Of a stretch of 63,526 nt of DNA, positions 47,101 through 56,667 are shown piece by piece (within the stretch, counting starts at the first letter, position 1; every line of letters starts with the position of its first letter). The position numbers and the translations under genes were made by a program. The notes under the pieces are model-generated. The model ran no database searches and was not told the DNA's origin. It saw only the letters and a list, made by a program, of their open reading frames with translations. Source of the DNA: a virus (Duplodnaviria > Caudoviricetes); the IMG/VR virus record IMGVR_UViG_3300024182_000007, positions 1 through 63,526 of that record. One strand, given 5' to 3'.

Positions 47101-48067
47101 CGTCAAGTGGATCTACGACAACTATCCTCCCTTCGCCGAACTAATCACTGCATGGGAGGACTGCGGCGCTCCGGGAGATAAGTACATGCGTGGCGGCGTC
47201 CTCAGACTGGAGACGGGAAACGCCAACGTCACTCTCGCGCTGAAAAACGACAAAGGCATCCAGCTTACCGCGATCAGTTTGACCGCCAACGGCCAGCGCG
47301 AGTTCCCCTTCGTCGTCGAGCCCCCCGTCGTCTCCCATCTCGTCCGCTGGGAGCCTCAACCCGGCCAGCGGTGGGGGTACTTTCGGACGCGCTGGGACTT
47401 CGACCCTTACCCTGAGATCTATTTCGAGCGCACTCCCATCATCGAACTGGGGACTCCGGGGGCTAAATTCATGCAGGGAATCAAGCTCACCGCTGATTCC
47501 GGCGGATTCCCAGCGTCGGTAGATATCATCGCCGACGGGGATATCGTCGCCCTCACCCTCCCCCCAACCGTCTGGTCCGGAAAGCAGACGATCCCCTTCT
47601 CCTTCCCCGTCCCCTTCATCGCCCATAATCTCCAGTTGCGCCCCAAGAACATCCTCCGCATCTTCCTCCCCGAAACGGACTGGGTGTGGGAGCCCGCTCC
47701 CGATCTAGCCTCCAACTGGATAACTCAAGGGACTTCTTACGGCTTGCAGGGCTTCATCCATCACCGGGACGCTTACATAGCCATCTCCGAAGCCGCCTCC
47801 GACATCACTCTGACGATCACGATGGACGACGGAATCGCTTATGGATACGTCATCCCGGCGACCGTCGGCATCATGATGCGAAAGAAATACGTCGTCCTTC
47901 AGAATATGAAGGGGAAACTAGCGCAATATTCAGCCGTCAGTCCGACGCCATTCAGACTCTACGTGAGAGATCTGGAGATAAAAATCAAGAGTTGGGGCTC
48001 TACGGGTCCATTCATAAGCATGCGTCCGTTCGGCGACAACAGTTTCGCTATGGGAGCCCGCCTCTAG
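44132..48067 (+). CDS. tail nozzle/stabilisation protein (P22 gp10 / T7 gp12-like) with C-terminal tandem repeats
   Basis: GMNLD...LQNVR......SRPG N-terminus, beta-propeller-like core, position. Confidence 0.75.
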   Translation: MPAYSRKSQKMVCRGMNLDRPIDALGDGEFAYLQNVRQYKDGILVSRPGLSSVSNFPPAFASDYIHSFLTLNDVNPDTPGTTKRFIGYNESLFFSDPTFPAVPSFVDGGFSGDPLSMIGMSPISNPTPFVYVYDRFKQQKYSDSYQVGGVPFSYPIGVPQLAVYQAGPPVPVIAAGDITGTGYSWRWQLRHTPTGAKSIPGVPTFTPVDLATQQVTFADPAIHIAGTLAKDQEYTWDLYRFGGTINAWSLIGSVVNRSGLTIVDDFSDIDIASAPTLPVDDRSILYQSWLIPDTPAAGFTTSTTAAVPTSSGVGGNGSRVTDAALGFNLSWIPGTQIVIDGNAYTIARVLGTGDLFLNEDLGGNLGIVSWHVDGALQTGQPLPFVWGPFGSGQFGLYLFACGDPRSPGTVYWTNGNDPDSVSIANSLELTSSSEPLQNGCIWNGRVWVWSTERMFEMVPDLINAGQFLAQVVPGARGLAGNWCFCVGDLIYFKSRDGIFSFGGGGLPTSLTDIQLYEFLGHDGQNGFGATIPNPENFGAPVTINPPDPNRFPQQRLFWSDGVLYFDFVDTLNFPDTLLFDTHLMKGWARDVYPSQGYRAHYSELGFHTTFVADGHTLDWLTGDDDLGSPIECSIMTGADLLGDIRTSKLIGDAVVGAIPNVTLISAKILGDRNATVLASGNLVPSGVYQQTILTVNNAVINAGLNSFSQTVGLWCHWSSTERTELWDWEPSWVGKPERIIGRATDWTDDGLAGAKYLKGVIIEAAISQVATGFDLTVDLADAQLVSSASYAFQPTDVGAILSITQPVNGFVMGQATITGVVAGKAQIDHPVAPLASAGGQFTVSGSRSVIIQTDGGIDAQGITLAAIQQSEYAYFITPIIAHEMRLVPFDQKTCQIFSVRWLWDPYPEYLNIKEDFYLEQWPSVKYIRGVQIEGDTQGASVGFNIEFDGQLGPGLAIVQNGKTLTEIGFAVPFNAKEIRLIPLGHWRRHSVKWIYDNYPPFAELITAWEDCGAPGDKYMRGGVLRLETGNANVTLALKNDKGIQLTAISLTANGQREFPFVVEPPVVSHLVRWEPQPGQRWGYFRTRWDFDPYPEIYFERTPIIELGTPGAKFMQGIKLTADSGGFPASVDIIADGDIVALTLPPTVWSGKQTIPFSFPVPFIAHNLQLRPKNILRIFLPETDWVWEPAPDLASNWITQGTSYGLQGFIHHRDAYIAISEAASDITLTITMDDGIAYGYVIPATVGIMMRKKYVVLQNMKGKLAQYSAVSPTPFRLYVRDLEIKIKSWGSTGPFISMRPFGDNSFAMGARL

Positions 48068-48068
48068 A

Positions 48069-48578
48069 ATGCCCGCCCCCGCCGACTCCCCTCAACGCGC
48101 CTTCCCCCGCCTCATCTCCAATTCCGTGCCAGAGCTTCAGAAGGCCATTAATCAAGCCTTTGAATACATCTATCAGCTCCAGTCTAAAATAGCCGCCCCC
48201 AACCTCTTTACAGCCGTAGCCGATAAAGATCTCACTCTGACCATCGATCCCCAGCCCATCCCCGGAACCATGCTCCACTTGGAAGCCGGAGACTACCGCG
48301 TAATCGGGATATTTGAAGCCTTCATCGACGTGAACGCGAACGCCATGAACGGACGATTAGCCATCGACGGCCATCTCGTCGCTAATCCTATCGCCCGCAT
48401 GCTCATCACCGGCGCGGGCGTCTCCACTCTCGACTTATGCGTAGCGCAAATCTGGGAGTATAGCTCCCCTTCTCCCGGCGTCATCAATCTCTGGGCGGAT
48501 AAAGGGACGAACGTGGGGACGGGGATGATGCACAAAGACAACACGAAGATCCTGGCTCTAAAGGTAGTGATAGGATGA
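48069..48578 (+). CDS. probable tail-associated protein
   Basis: ORF track; position. Confidence 0.6.
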   Translation: MPAPADSPQRAFPRLISNSVPELQKAINQAFEYIYQLQSKIAAPNLFTAVADKDLTLTIDPQPIPGTMLHLEAGDYRVIGIFEAFIDVNANAMNGRLAIDGHLVANPIARMLITGAGVSTLDLCVAQIWEYSSPSPGVINLWADKGTNVGTGMMHKDNTKILALKVVIG

Positions 48579-48592
48579 ACCAGAGGCTTTAG

Positions 48593-49501
48593 ATGACAGG
48601 CGCAGATCCGATCTCCTCGCAATTCTCCAAGATATTCTCCATGATCAGCCCAGGCCAGAAGAATCAAGATATCTCGACGGGGGGCGGATGGGGGGGCGGC
48701 GGGGGGATCGTCAAAGAGCCCATCACCGGCGATTCCCTGACGCAATTCCTCCGCTCGAACTTCAACATGCTGGGAGACGTCGCTACTTCTACACTGGGGC
48801 AGGGGCAGAACACTTTAGGGGCCGGAGTAAACGCGCTAGCCCAACCTTTCGACTACTGGTCGGCGATCCTCTCCGGCGATAAGAACGCCCTCGCTAAAGC
48901 CATCGGCCCGACTGTCGGGGCTGTCGATAAGCAGTTTGAGGCAGCCTCCAGAGGGGCGTCTCAAAACATGGCCAGAGGAGGGGCGCGGGACGCTCAACTG
49001 GCCGAACTCCCCTTCCAGAAGGCCGGTAAGATTTCCGACGCTATTCTCAGTCTTCAGCCTCAAGCGGCGCAGCAACTCACCGGCCTCGCTTCCATCCTCA
49101 CTCAACTCGGACTCTCTCAAGAACAGCTAGCCGCCACGTTCGAGAGCATCCTCACCTCAGGTCAATTAACCAGGCGCCAGCAGAACAACGACGAGAACGC
49201 GGCGACGATGAAGTTGATTGGAGATATCGCTACGGCGGCTGGGAGTGTAGCAGGCGGATTCGCGGCCAGGAGCGACCGCCATCTGAAACGCAACGTGAGG
49301 TTCTTCGGGATGGAGAACGGCCACCGCGTCTACCGCTTTACTTACTTGAACGACCGCCGTCAACCTCCATCGGAATATATCGGCGTTATGTCCGACGAGG
49401 TGGAACGCATCGATCCGTCCGCCGTCATCCATACGCCTGCCGGAATCCTAGTCAATTACGATCGTATCGGCGTACAGTTCAGAGTCTTGAAGGAGACGTA
49501 A
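48593..49501 (+). CDS. probable ejection/pilot protein with C-terminal S74-like chaperone domain
   Basis: Q/A/G-rich helical body, then SDRHLKRNV, VYRFTY, GVMSDEV, VNYD. Confidence 0.75.
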   Translation: MTGADPISSQFSKIFSMISPGQKNQDISTGGGWGGGGGIVKEPITGDSLTQFLRSNFNMLGDVATSTLGQGQNTLGAGVNALAQPFDYWSAILSGDKNALAKAIGPTVGAVDKQFEAASRGASQNMARGGARDAQLAELPFQKAGKISDAILSLQPQAAQQLTGLASILTQLGLSQEQLAATFESILTSGQLTRRQQNNDENAATMKLIGDIATAAGSVAGGFAARSDRHLKRNVRFFGMENGHRVYRFTYLNDRRQPPSEYIGVMSDEVERIDPSAVIHTPAGILVNYDRIGVQFRVLKET

Positions 49502-51247
49502 ATGGGCGCAGGAGTAGGTATCGGCGGCTTTCTTACCGGGTTCGGACAAGGCTTTCTTGAAGCTAAAGAACGGAGGGAGAAGATCCGTCATGCGGCCATC
49601 GACGCCGGTATCCGCCGTCTCGTCGATATGACCAAAGACCCCAACTTCGACCCTAACGCTCTAGCCGACGTCAATCAAGTGATCTTCCAGACTCTCGGAG
49701 ACTTAGAAGGGGGGAAAGGCGCATCCAGAGGTCCAGGCGGGAAGAAGAACGATCCGATGCAGCACATGCAGCAGATGGTCGGCAGCCTCATGCAGAAGCA
49801 GATGGTCCCTCCCCAGCCGGGCGCTCCTCCGGTCCTCTCCCCTCGTGTCAGCCCCGAAGGCGGACGCGAGACTCTTGCTCAAGGATCTCCAGGAGCCTTA
49901 GGGAGGAAAGGCCCCTTTCTCTCTCAAGCGGAGATGCGGACGACCGTCGAGGAAGACGAGAGAAGGAGGGCGCAAATCCGCGAGCAGGAGACTCTCAAAC
50001 GCCAGCAGCTCCAGCTCCAGATGAGAGTAGCCGAAAAGAAAGCCGAAGAGGAGCAGAGATTAGCTAATTTTAGAACGATGGTCGGTACGGGAATGAGCGA
50101 GGCGGAGGCGTTCGGCATGAACTATCCAGGCCGCGCCAACCCTTATCTCAAAGGCGCCGGCCTGAAGGCTTCGACTCCCGTAGTCATCGAATTGAACGAT
50201 GGCACGAAGATCAACGGCTGGGAGGACAAGTTCAACAAGACGTTCACCCGTTTAGATGGGTCAGCGATAGAACCTAAGGCGATCAAATCCGTCAACCCGA
50301 AAGCCGCCGTCACTGGAGACAAGGGCGTATTAGGGGAACTGGAAGCGGCCCAGGCCAAAGTGGACGATCCTAAGACTTCTTCATCGGATCGTAAGGCGGC
50401 GCAACTCTTCATCGACTCTTACAAGCATAGAGACGTAGCGACGACTCTCCGCATTCAAGGCCAGCAATCCACGAACATCGGCGAGATCGACCTCAACGAC
50501 CCCAAATACGCCGACAAAGTAGCCCTCGCCCGCCAGGCCATCCGTCGCGGCGGAGGCGACCCTTCCTTCGGTCTCGGCGCTAATAACCCCGACCGTAAGA
50601 TCTATTACTCCATTAAGGGCCAGCTCCTCGCTCAAATGGGAGATCAGGAGGCGGCCGCCCAGCAAGCGGAATTCGCCGCCGGTAAATCCACCCTCACCGA
50701 ACTCATGCGCTTACGCGGCCAGATGAAGTCCGCCGAGAAAGGGACCGTCGCCGAAGTCGATCGCCTCCTCGCCCTGAATAAGACTCTCCCCCGCTCTAAA
50801 ATCCGGGCGTTTAACTCTCTCCAGCAGTTCCTCGCCGCCAATCTCTCCGACGCCCCCGAACTGGCCAGATTCAGAGAGGCTCTTCTAGCCGCCCGCTACC
50901 GCTACAACTCTATGATCACCAGCCTCCGCTCCGGCGGCACGTCTACGAATCAGGTTAGATCAGAGACGGCCGACGAGATCATCAACCGCTCGATGGCCGC
51001 CGGGACGATCGAAGCCGCCGCTAACGAGATGAAGGTCGGCATCTCGAACGTCATGAAGGGGATGGATCAGGCCGTAGACGAAACTCGCCGGGGGATCGGA
51101 GGGGGAGGGCAGACTCAACTCCCCAAGCCTAAAAACAAAGGGCAACTGATCTCAACGGACGAAGCCGTAGAATACATCAACGCAGCCGGAGGAGATGTGG
51201 AGAAGGGAAAGAAGATGGCGCGCGATAACGGCTATCAAGTCCCTTAA
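49502..51247 (+). CDS. probable ejection (internal virion) protein
   Basis: Gly-rich hydrophobic N-terminus, helical; position. Confidence 0.6.
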   Translation: MGAGVGIGGFLTGFGQGFLEAKERREKIRHAAIDAGIRRLVDMTKDPNFDPNALADVNQVIFQTLGDLEGGKGASRGPGGKKNDPMQHMQQMVGSLMQKQMVPPQPGAPPVLSPRVSPEGGRETLAQGSPGALGRKGPFLSQAEMRTTVEEDERRRAQIREQETLKRQQLQLQMRVAEKKAEEEQRLANFRTMVGTGMSEAEAFGMNYPGRANPYLKGAGLKASTPVVIELNDGTKINGWEDKFNKTFTRLDGSAIEPKAIKSVNPKAAVTGDKGVLGELEAAQAKVDDPKTSSSDRKAAQLFIDSYKHRDVATTLRIQGQQSTNIGEIDLNDPKYADKVALARQAIRRGGGDPSFGLGANNPDRKIYYSIKGQLLAQMGDQEAAAQQAEFAAGKSTLTELMRLRGQMKSAEKGTVAEVDRLLALNKTLPRSKIRAFNSLQQFLAANLSDAPELARFREALLAARYRYNSMITSLRSGGTSTNQVRSETADEIINRSMAAGTIEAAANEMKVGISNVMKGMDQAVDETRRGIGGGGQTQLPKPKNKGQLISTDEAVEYINAAGGDVEKGKKMARDNGYQVP

Positions 51248-51256
51248 ATTCAAGCT

Positions 51257-52672
51257 ATGGCCGATCCATTTGAAGAAGCCGCTAAAAAACTGAGAGAAGG
51301 GAGAGGGCAGGGGGGGAACGCCGATCCTTTCGGGGCGGCGGCCGAACGCCTGGGAATAAAGCCTCAGAAAGCCGATCTCCCTAAAGACGCCCCTAGGCGG
51401 TCGGTCGATCTGGGTCTATCCGCCATCCCTTATATCGCCGGAGCCGGAGCAGGCGCTCTAACGGGAGGCATGGGATGGATACCAGCCGGATTAGCCGCCG
51501 CCGGAGCAGGGGGAATCAGCGCTGGAGTGGAACAAGGTCTACGAAAGATTACGGGAGTCAATCCGTCCGAGCACCCGCTTAAGGAGATGGGGACGGCGGC
51601 TCTCGAACAGGGATTATACGAAACAGGAGGCCGTTTCGTTCTAGGCGCTCTCGAACGGGTCTTCGGGTCGTACGTAAACTCCATGAAGCTCTACCAGTCC
51701 GGCCTCAAACCCTCCGGAACGAGCGAGATCAAAGCCTCTAAATCCGTAGGCGCTGGTATCAGGGAAGGCATCCCCCTCACGGAGAAAGCCACGGGGATAG
51801 TACGCGGACGCATCGACTCCCTCAACGGCGCGATCGAGCGGACTATCCAGCAGTCCCCCGCCGATATCCCACCTAGCCGCTACGTGGCTAATATAGAATC
51901 GAAACTAGACGCGCTGAGGAAATCCTGGAGCAAGGACGCCACGGGCGGAGCGCATTTCGTCGATCAGATCGATGAAGCAGAGAGGCAGTTCCTCATCGAT
52001 CACGGCAACGTGCAGCCGATCCAGGTCCAAACCCAAGTCCCCAGCTCCAGCGGATTGACGACTCCCGGAGGGCAACCGGCGATGGTCACCAAAACCGTCA
52101 CCATCAAGCCGGAAGACATGAGTCTGGGGGAATTGAGAAGGAACGCGCGTCCGCTATCGACAGGAGACGCGCAGGCGATCAAAAAGCAGACTTACGAGAC
52201 GACACGCACCCGAAAGATGAACGCTTACGATCCTGGCGTCCATCCCGGTCTCGCCATCCGCATCAATAAAGAGATCCCCCGCGCGCTAAAAGAAGAATTG
52301 GAGCAGATCTACCCTCAGATAAAGAAGCTCAATGCGAGAGAAGGGGCGCTCATCGAATTAGAAGGCCAATTGCAGAGATTCACGAAACGCGAGATGAACA
52401 AGCAGACGCTCCCCTATATTCCCTTCGCTCTAGCCGGAGCGGCGGCCGGGGGCGCGCATGGAGAAGGTCATACGATGGGAGCGCTCGCCGGAATTATGGT
52501 CAGGCAGATGCTCGAAGACCCGGCGATAAAGAGCAGAGTAGCCATTGCCTTAGATAGAGCGTCGAGGATACCCGGAGCGGGAGTGGCCAAATATGCAGGT
52601 AAGCAGATTCCTCCGGTCGCTATTCGCGGGGAGGAATATATCCGTCAGAATCCAGGTCTATTTCAGCAGTAA
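51257..52672 (+). CDS. probable ejection (internal virion) protein
   Basis: DPF N-terminal repeats, Gly/Ala hydrophobic segments; last gene of the block. Confidence 0.6.
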   Translation: MADPFEEAAKKLREGRGQGGNADPFGAAAERLGIKPQKADLPKDAPRRSVDLGLSAIPYIAGAGAGALTGGMGWIPAGLAAAGAGGISAGVEQGLRKITGVNPSEHPLKEMGTAALEQGLYETGGRFVLGALERVFGSYVNSMKLYQSGLKPSGTSEIKASKSVGAGIREGIPLTEKATGIVRGRIDSLNGAIERTIQQSPADIPPSRYVANIESKLDALRKSWSKDATGGAHFVDQIDEAERQFLIDHGNVQPIQVQTQVPSSSGLTTPGGQPAMVTKTVTIKPEDMSLGELRRNARPLSTGDAQAIKKQTYETTRTRKMNAYDPGVHPGLAIRINKEIPRALKEELEQIYPQIKKLNAREGALIELEGQLQRFTKREMNKQTLPYIPFALAGAAAGGAHGEGHTMGALAGIMVRQMLEDPAIKSRVAIALDRASRIPGAGVAKYAGKQIPPVAIRGEEYIRQNPGLFQQ

Positions 52673-52762
52673 GATCGTCCCATTTCTTCTTTCGCCAAGA
52701 TAGCTTGAGGTCTTCTCTCAAGCACCAGACGAGGACAATCAAGAATAAAAACGTATCGGCGC

Positions 52763-53053
52763 TCATCCCTTCATCTCCATCTCCAGCTTCTCCGCCTCCA
52801 TCAACTGTTCCACCATCGTCTTCAGATGCATGAACCCCGGCACCCCCTCCAACCCATATCCGTCCGCCAGCGCGACGAAATGCTTAGCCGCCTCCGCCGC
52901 GTCCCTCCTCGCCGCCCTTATCTTCTGCTCCCGATGATGCCCGCACATCTTCATCGTCGTGAGATTCCCGCATACCTCCCCGTTCCTCCCCCCAGGCGAA
53001 CGGATGATCTCCGGGCATTTGAATAGCGGGCGTCCGATGCGGCTGACATTCAT
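52763..53053 (-). CDS. hypothetical protein
   Basis: ORF track; start uncertain. Confidence 0.5.
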   Translation of the reverse strand: MNVSRIGRPLFKCPEIIRSPGGRNGEVCGNLTTMKMCGHHREQKIRAARRDAAEAAKHFVALADGYGLEGVPGFMHLKTMVEQLMEAEKLEMEMKG

Positions 53054-53058
53054 CTTCT

Positions 53059-53313
53059 TCAGGCCCTCCCCTCCAGCACGTCCAACGCAAACTTCTCCAT
53101 CTCCGCATGCACGTCGTCCATCAAACTCAAATCCTCGTCGGTCGGCTCCGATTCGTGCGAGATCGACTCGGATATCTTTATCATCACCGCCCACGCTCCG
53201 GCATAAAACGCCCTTCTCGATTCCCGCTTCTGAATGGAGGAGCAGTCAGGAGGGAGGACGCGGCGGGCGAACTCATTCCATTCCTCATTGACTAACTGGC
53301 GCTTGACGCTCAC
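53059..53313 (-). CDS. conserved small phage protein
   Basis: Q..E.RRAFYAGA motif. Confidence 0.7.
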   Translation of the reverse strand: MSVKRQLVNEEWNEFARRVLPPDCSSIQKRESRRAFYAGAWAVMIKISESISHESEPTDEDLSLMDDVHAEMEKFALDVLEGRA

Positions 53314-53544
53314 TTTTTATCCTCGCTCAGAAGAACGCCGTCCTTCATGATGATCCTCACTGGCCCGTGCTTCTCCTTTATCTGTTTGTCCTTCTCGAAC
53401 CGGTCGCAGGCCGCTAGAACCGCCTCCCTGAATACAGGTCCTATGCTGCGTTCCGAATGCGCCCGTATGAGTTTCCGGTAACAATACTTCCTTCTCGCGT
53501 AGCCGCGGCCCGTACACTCTTCTTTTGTTGCCGTATCTCTTCAT
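53310..53544 (-). CDS. hypothetical protein, probable +1 frameshift near 53480
   Basis: The +1 frame gives YRKLIRAHSE...LLSEDKK* and ends in a GTGA overlap with the next gene. Confidence 0.45.
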
Positions 53545-54002
53545 GCGAACTCCATCAATCTCGTATCCAGATACTCCTCCCCCTCCTCGTATAACTCCCC
53601 TATAGTCTCCGGATCGATTCCAGCGTCGAGCATGAGGGCTTTCGCCTTCTCCACGTTGAATGACTTGCGCCGCTTATATCCGCTCACCGATATGCCGAAA
53701 TTCCCCGCTCTCAGTCCGGTTAATTCGTTAGCGAGGACGATTGCCGCCAACTCTAATCTGCACGTCCTCGCCGCTTCATCCGCCTCGGCCGCGATCTTCT
53801 TCTGCTTATGCGCGGTATTCAGCAGCAGACGGGCGCGATTGATAGTCGCCTTATCGGATAGCTCCGAGACTTGAGGTAAAGAGGAGTTCTCGGCGGAGGG
53901 CAGTCGCCGGGATTTGGAGAGAGAAGGGGAGTTGGAGAGTTTGCGGGCGACTTTTTGAGTAGTAACTAATCCCGCTTCCGACTTAGTAAGCTGTGCTTTC
54001 AT
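53541..54002 (-). CDS. hypothetical protein
   Basis: ORF track. Confidence 0.65.
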   Translation of the reverse strand: MKAQLTKSEAGLVTTQKVARKLSNSPSLSKSRRLPSAENSSLPQVSELSDKATINRARLLLNTAHKQKKIAAEADEAARTCRLELAAIVLANELTGLRAGNFGISVSGYKRRKSFNVEKAKALMLDAGIDPETIGELYEEGEEYLDTRLMEFA

Positions 54003-54003
54003 T

Positions 54004-54405
54004 TCAAATTGTCCTCTCTATGCCTTGACGGCAGTTATTGGAACAGTATTTCTGCCACCATCTCGATCTGGCAAAAGGCTTTTTACAGAAAAGACACGGT
54101 AGGTCCTTGCCGCGCTGCGATCGCCTGAAGCTGTACTTGGTAGGGTGATCGGCTAGCAGCTTGGCTTCGAGTAGGGAGGCTTCGTTCCACGTCTTGAAGG
54201 ACCAGACGTAGAAACGGTCGGATTCGAGCACCGGCTCCGCTTTCCCTATGACGTTATGACCGACAATCCTCCTCAGAACGCTGTCGGAAATACCGACGTA
54301 GAGGAACTCTTTCCCTCTCACCCAGGCGTACACGCAGGTGGATGCGTCGATAGGCACCAGATCGGTGGAATTATACACTTTGTCCGGCTTCGGATACGAC
54401 TCCAT
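54004..54405 (-). CDS. GIY-YIG-like nuclease with C-terminal zinc finger
   Basis: CVY...LYVGIS....R...H, LEAKL; CLFC...KYCSNNC. Confidence 0.75.
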   Translation of the reverse strand: MESYPKPDKVYNSTDLVPIDASTCVYAWVRGKEFLYVGISDSVLRRIVGHNVIGKAEPVLESDRFYVWSFKTWNEASLLEAKLLADHPTKYSFRRSQRGKDLPCLFCKKPFARSRWWQKYCSNNCRQGIERTI

Positions 54406-54441
54406 AAATGCCATAATATGGCATTTTTAGCTCCGTGTCAA
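54406..54441 (-). promoter_or_regulatory. promoter TTGACA-17-TATTAT overlapped by a 21-bp palindrome
   Basis: AAATGCCATA-A-TATGGCATTT at 54406-54426. Confidence 0.75.
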
Positions 54442-54470
54442 GGTCCTACTGCCGGATATAAGGCTTAGGG

Positions 54471-55931
54471 TCATTCCTTCACCCCCCACCTCTCCCCGAC
54501 CTCGCAATCGCTCTCGATCCGCGTCCTCCATAAATCCTCCCCCGTATCCTTGTCGATCATCACCCGATCGAATACGGGAGTGAGGGCTTCGGCGACTCCC
54601 TCCGCGTATCTCCCGTCAACTTCCACCATCAGCTGATCGTGAATAGTGAGTAAGGGCCACGCCCAGATCCCCTGCCTCTCAAACTCCAGCAGAAGCTCCT
54701 CCGCCTCTCCCATAATCAATTTCAACTGACCGGCGGCGGCCGACGTCACGGGTAAGTTCTGCGCCTGCCTCAATCCGGCCTGCCTGATCCAGGAATGCGT
54801 ACTCTCCACTTCCGGGATTCTTCTCATCCGTCCGAACGGGTCCCAGGACTTCTTATATCTCCGCGCTCTATAATGCGTGAGATCGAAATACTCTCTGACT
54901 TCCGGCCGTGTATTCAGCCATTCCTCGATAAACCATTTGCACCAGTCCTCAGTCAGCCACTTAGGGACTTCTACGTGATTCGAGCCGAAGTCCATAACCA
55001 ACTGAAGATACAGTCCTTTTTCAGTGGTCCCGTTCTGTATCCCGAAATTCACTCTCTTAGCCGCCATCCGATGCTTATACTTATCCGGCTTCACGTCTAA
55101 CGGCACGCCCAGCGCCTTATGACAGGTATCGTCATGAATATCCCCGCCGTTCTCATAAACCTCGATCATCGACTTGCATCTGGATAAGTGGGCCAACGCG
55201 CGCAGCTCAATTTGTGACAGATCGATAGAGACGATCTTAGTCCCCGGAGAAGCTATGAAAGCTGCTCTAACTAACGCGCCTTCCTCAGTCCTCACCGGGA
55301 TGTTCTGCAAGTTTGGGTTTCTACTAGCGATCCTCCCTGTAGCGGCTCTGGTCGTCGGCAGTTCCGTATGCAGCCGCCACGTATCGTCTACGTGCTTCAA
55401 CTCACATACAGGGCAGCATTCTCCCCGAGGATGGAACTTAGCCAACTGAGGAAGACTGACGACATAAGTCGAGACTAACTTCGCATATTCCCTATAGCTG
55501 AGGATCTTCGCCACTATCGGATGATCCTCTCTGAGAGTCTCTAATTGCCTCTTCCCCGTCGATATTCGTGACCCTCCCTTAGTGGTCTTCAGCTTCTTCC
55601 CGGAGCCCACCTTCAGGACGTTGAAGAGTAAGTCGGCGATCTGCTCCGCCGAACTCGCATTGATCGACGCATCCCCCTCCTCGTCCTCTATCTGAGACGA
55701 CCTCCCCACGAACTGATCCAACGCCCAATAAGGAATATAAGAAGAGATGTCTTTCTCCAGCTCCTTCATAGTCGAGGAGAAGCGGGAGGATAACTTGTTC
55801 AGATACGGAATGTCGATGGCAAAACCGAGGCGCTCCATCCTTCTTATCGATGGAATTGGTAACAAGTCGAGCTTTCTGACGTTCTCCGCGTCCGGACGGC
55901 CGGGAAGTTCTATACCTCCATATAGGCTCAC
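54471..55931 (-). CDS. polA: family A DNA polymerase, polymerase domain only
   Basis: ATGRIAS..PNLQNIP, DLSQIELR (motif A), R..AKRVNFG (motif B), TIHDQL (motif C). Confidence 0.95.
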   Translation of the reverse strand: MSLYGGIELPGRPDAENVRKLDLLPIPSIRRMERLGFAIDIPYLNKLSSRFSSTMKELEKDISSYIPYWALDQFVGRSSQIEDEEGDASINASSAEQIADLLFNVLKVGSGKKLKTTKGGSRISTGKRQLETLREDHPIVAKILSYREYAKLVSTYVVSLPQLAKFHPRGECCPVCELKHVDDTWRLHTELPTTRAATGRIASRNPNLQNIPVRTEEGALVRAAFIASPGTKIVSIDLSQIELRALAHLSRCKSMIEVYENGGDIHDDTCHKALGVPLDVKPDKYKHRMAAKRVNFGIQNGTTEKGLYLQLVMDFGSNHVEVPKWLTEDWCKWFIEEWLNTRPEVREYFDLTHYRARRYKKSWDPFGRMRRIPEVESTHSWIRQAGLRQAQNLPVTSAAAGQLKLIMGEAEELLLEFERQGIWAWPLLTIHDQLMVEVDGRYAEGVAEALTPVFDRVMIDKDTGEDLWRTRIESDCEVGERWGVKE

Positions 55932-56464
55932 AGTGTCGCCCTCTCTATCGCACGTCCCATAGCCCCCGTACCGGGGAATAAATCCACTACTTCATCGCCA
56001 TTCTGGACGTTGAGCAGGGTGAGAATCCAATCGCATACCGTCGCCGGTTTTGCGCCCACCAGACCTTTCTTCAGAGTGATAGGAGCGACGTGAAAATCTT
56101 TAGGCGTCGTCTGCTTCCCATTGCGCTTCGGGATTAGGGCACGATAGCCGTTTACAGGGTTCCGCCCGCCTCGAAATATCACCGGCTCCCAAGCGTAAGC
56201 GGGACGCACGTTGCGTTTGAAAGCGCAGAAAGACTTGCACCAGGCGGCTATCCTTACATCGTTTGGCAGTCCGCCCTTGTGAAAACACATGGAGTCGCAG
56301 ATGTTCAGGATCGTTAAGAGCGTCGGTGAGCTACAGGACAACGCCCATCCGTCGGGGAATTCCTCATATAGCCGGTAGACGAGGGCGACATGATCCACTT
56401 CGGCGCTTTTGTAGTGTCGCTTGGCTTGGCCTATATAGGGCGGATCGGCGTAGGCGAATCTCAC
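55928..56464 (-). CDS. N6A/N4C DNA methyltransferase (beta-type order)
   Basis: YADPPY N-terminal, KP motif, DLFPGTG C-terminal. Confidence 0.85.
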   Translation of the reverse strand: MRFAYADPPYIGQAKRHYKSAEVDHVALVYRLYEEFPDGWALSCSSPTLLTILNICDSMCFHKGGLPNDVRIAAWCKSFCAFKRNVRPAYAWEPVIFRGGRNPVNGYRALIPKRNGKQTTPKDFHVAPITLKKGLVGAKPATVCDWILTLLNVQNGDEVVDLFPGTGAMGRAIERATL

Positions 56465-56667
56465 CGCGTACTCTCTTCCTTCTCTCTCTTCAAATCCCAC
56501 TGATGAGCGCAATACCCCGCATGCGCGTACCCCACAATCACGCCTCCTCCATCCAGCACCGGCCTCACTTCCTCGTCGTTCGGATGCAATCTATCCTTGC
56601 AGTGGGCGCAGAATCCCAGCGCCTCAAAGCTCGTGATCCTCATCTTAAGCGTCCGCGTCTTCGTCAT
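56461..56667 (-). CDS. small CxxC protein
   Basis: CAHC...HAGYC. Confidence 0.55.
   Translation of the reverse strand: MTKTRTLKMRITSFEALGFCAHCKDRLHPNDEEVRPVLDGGGVIVGYAHAGYCAHQWDLKREKEESTR

Noticed and set aside
49502-51247. Tape-measure protein
   Set aside because: Short, no tail tube or chaperone genes, and its position fits podovirus ejection proteins
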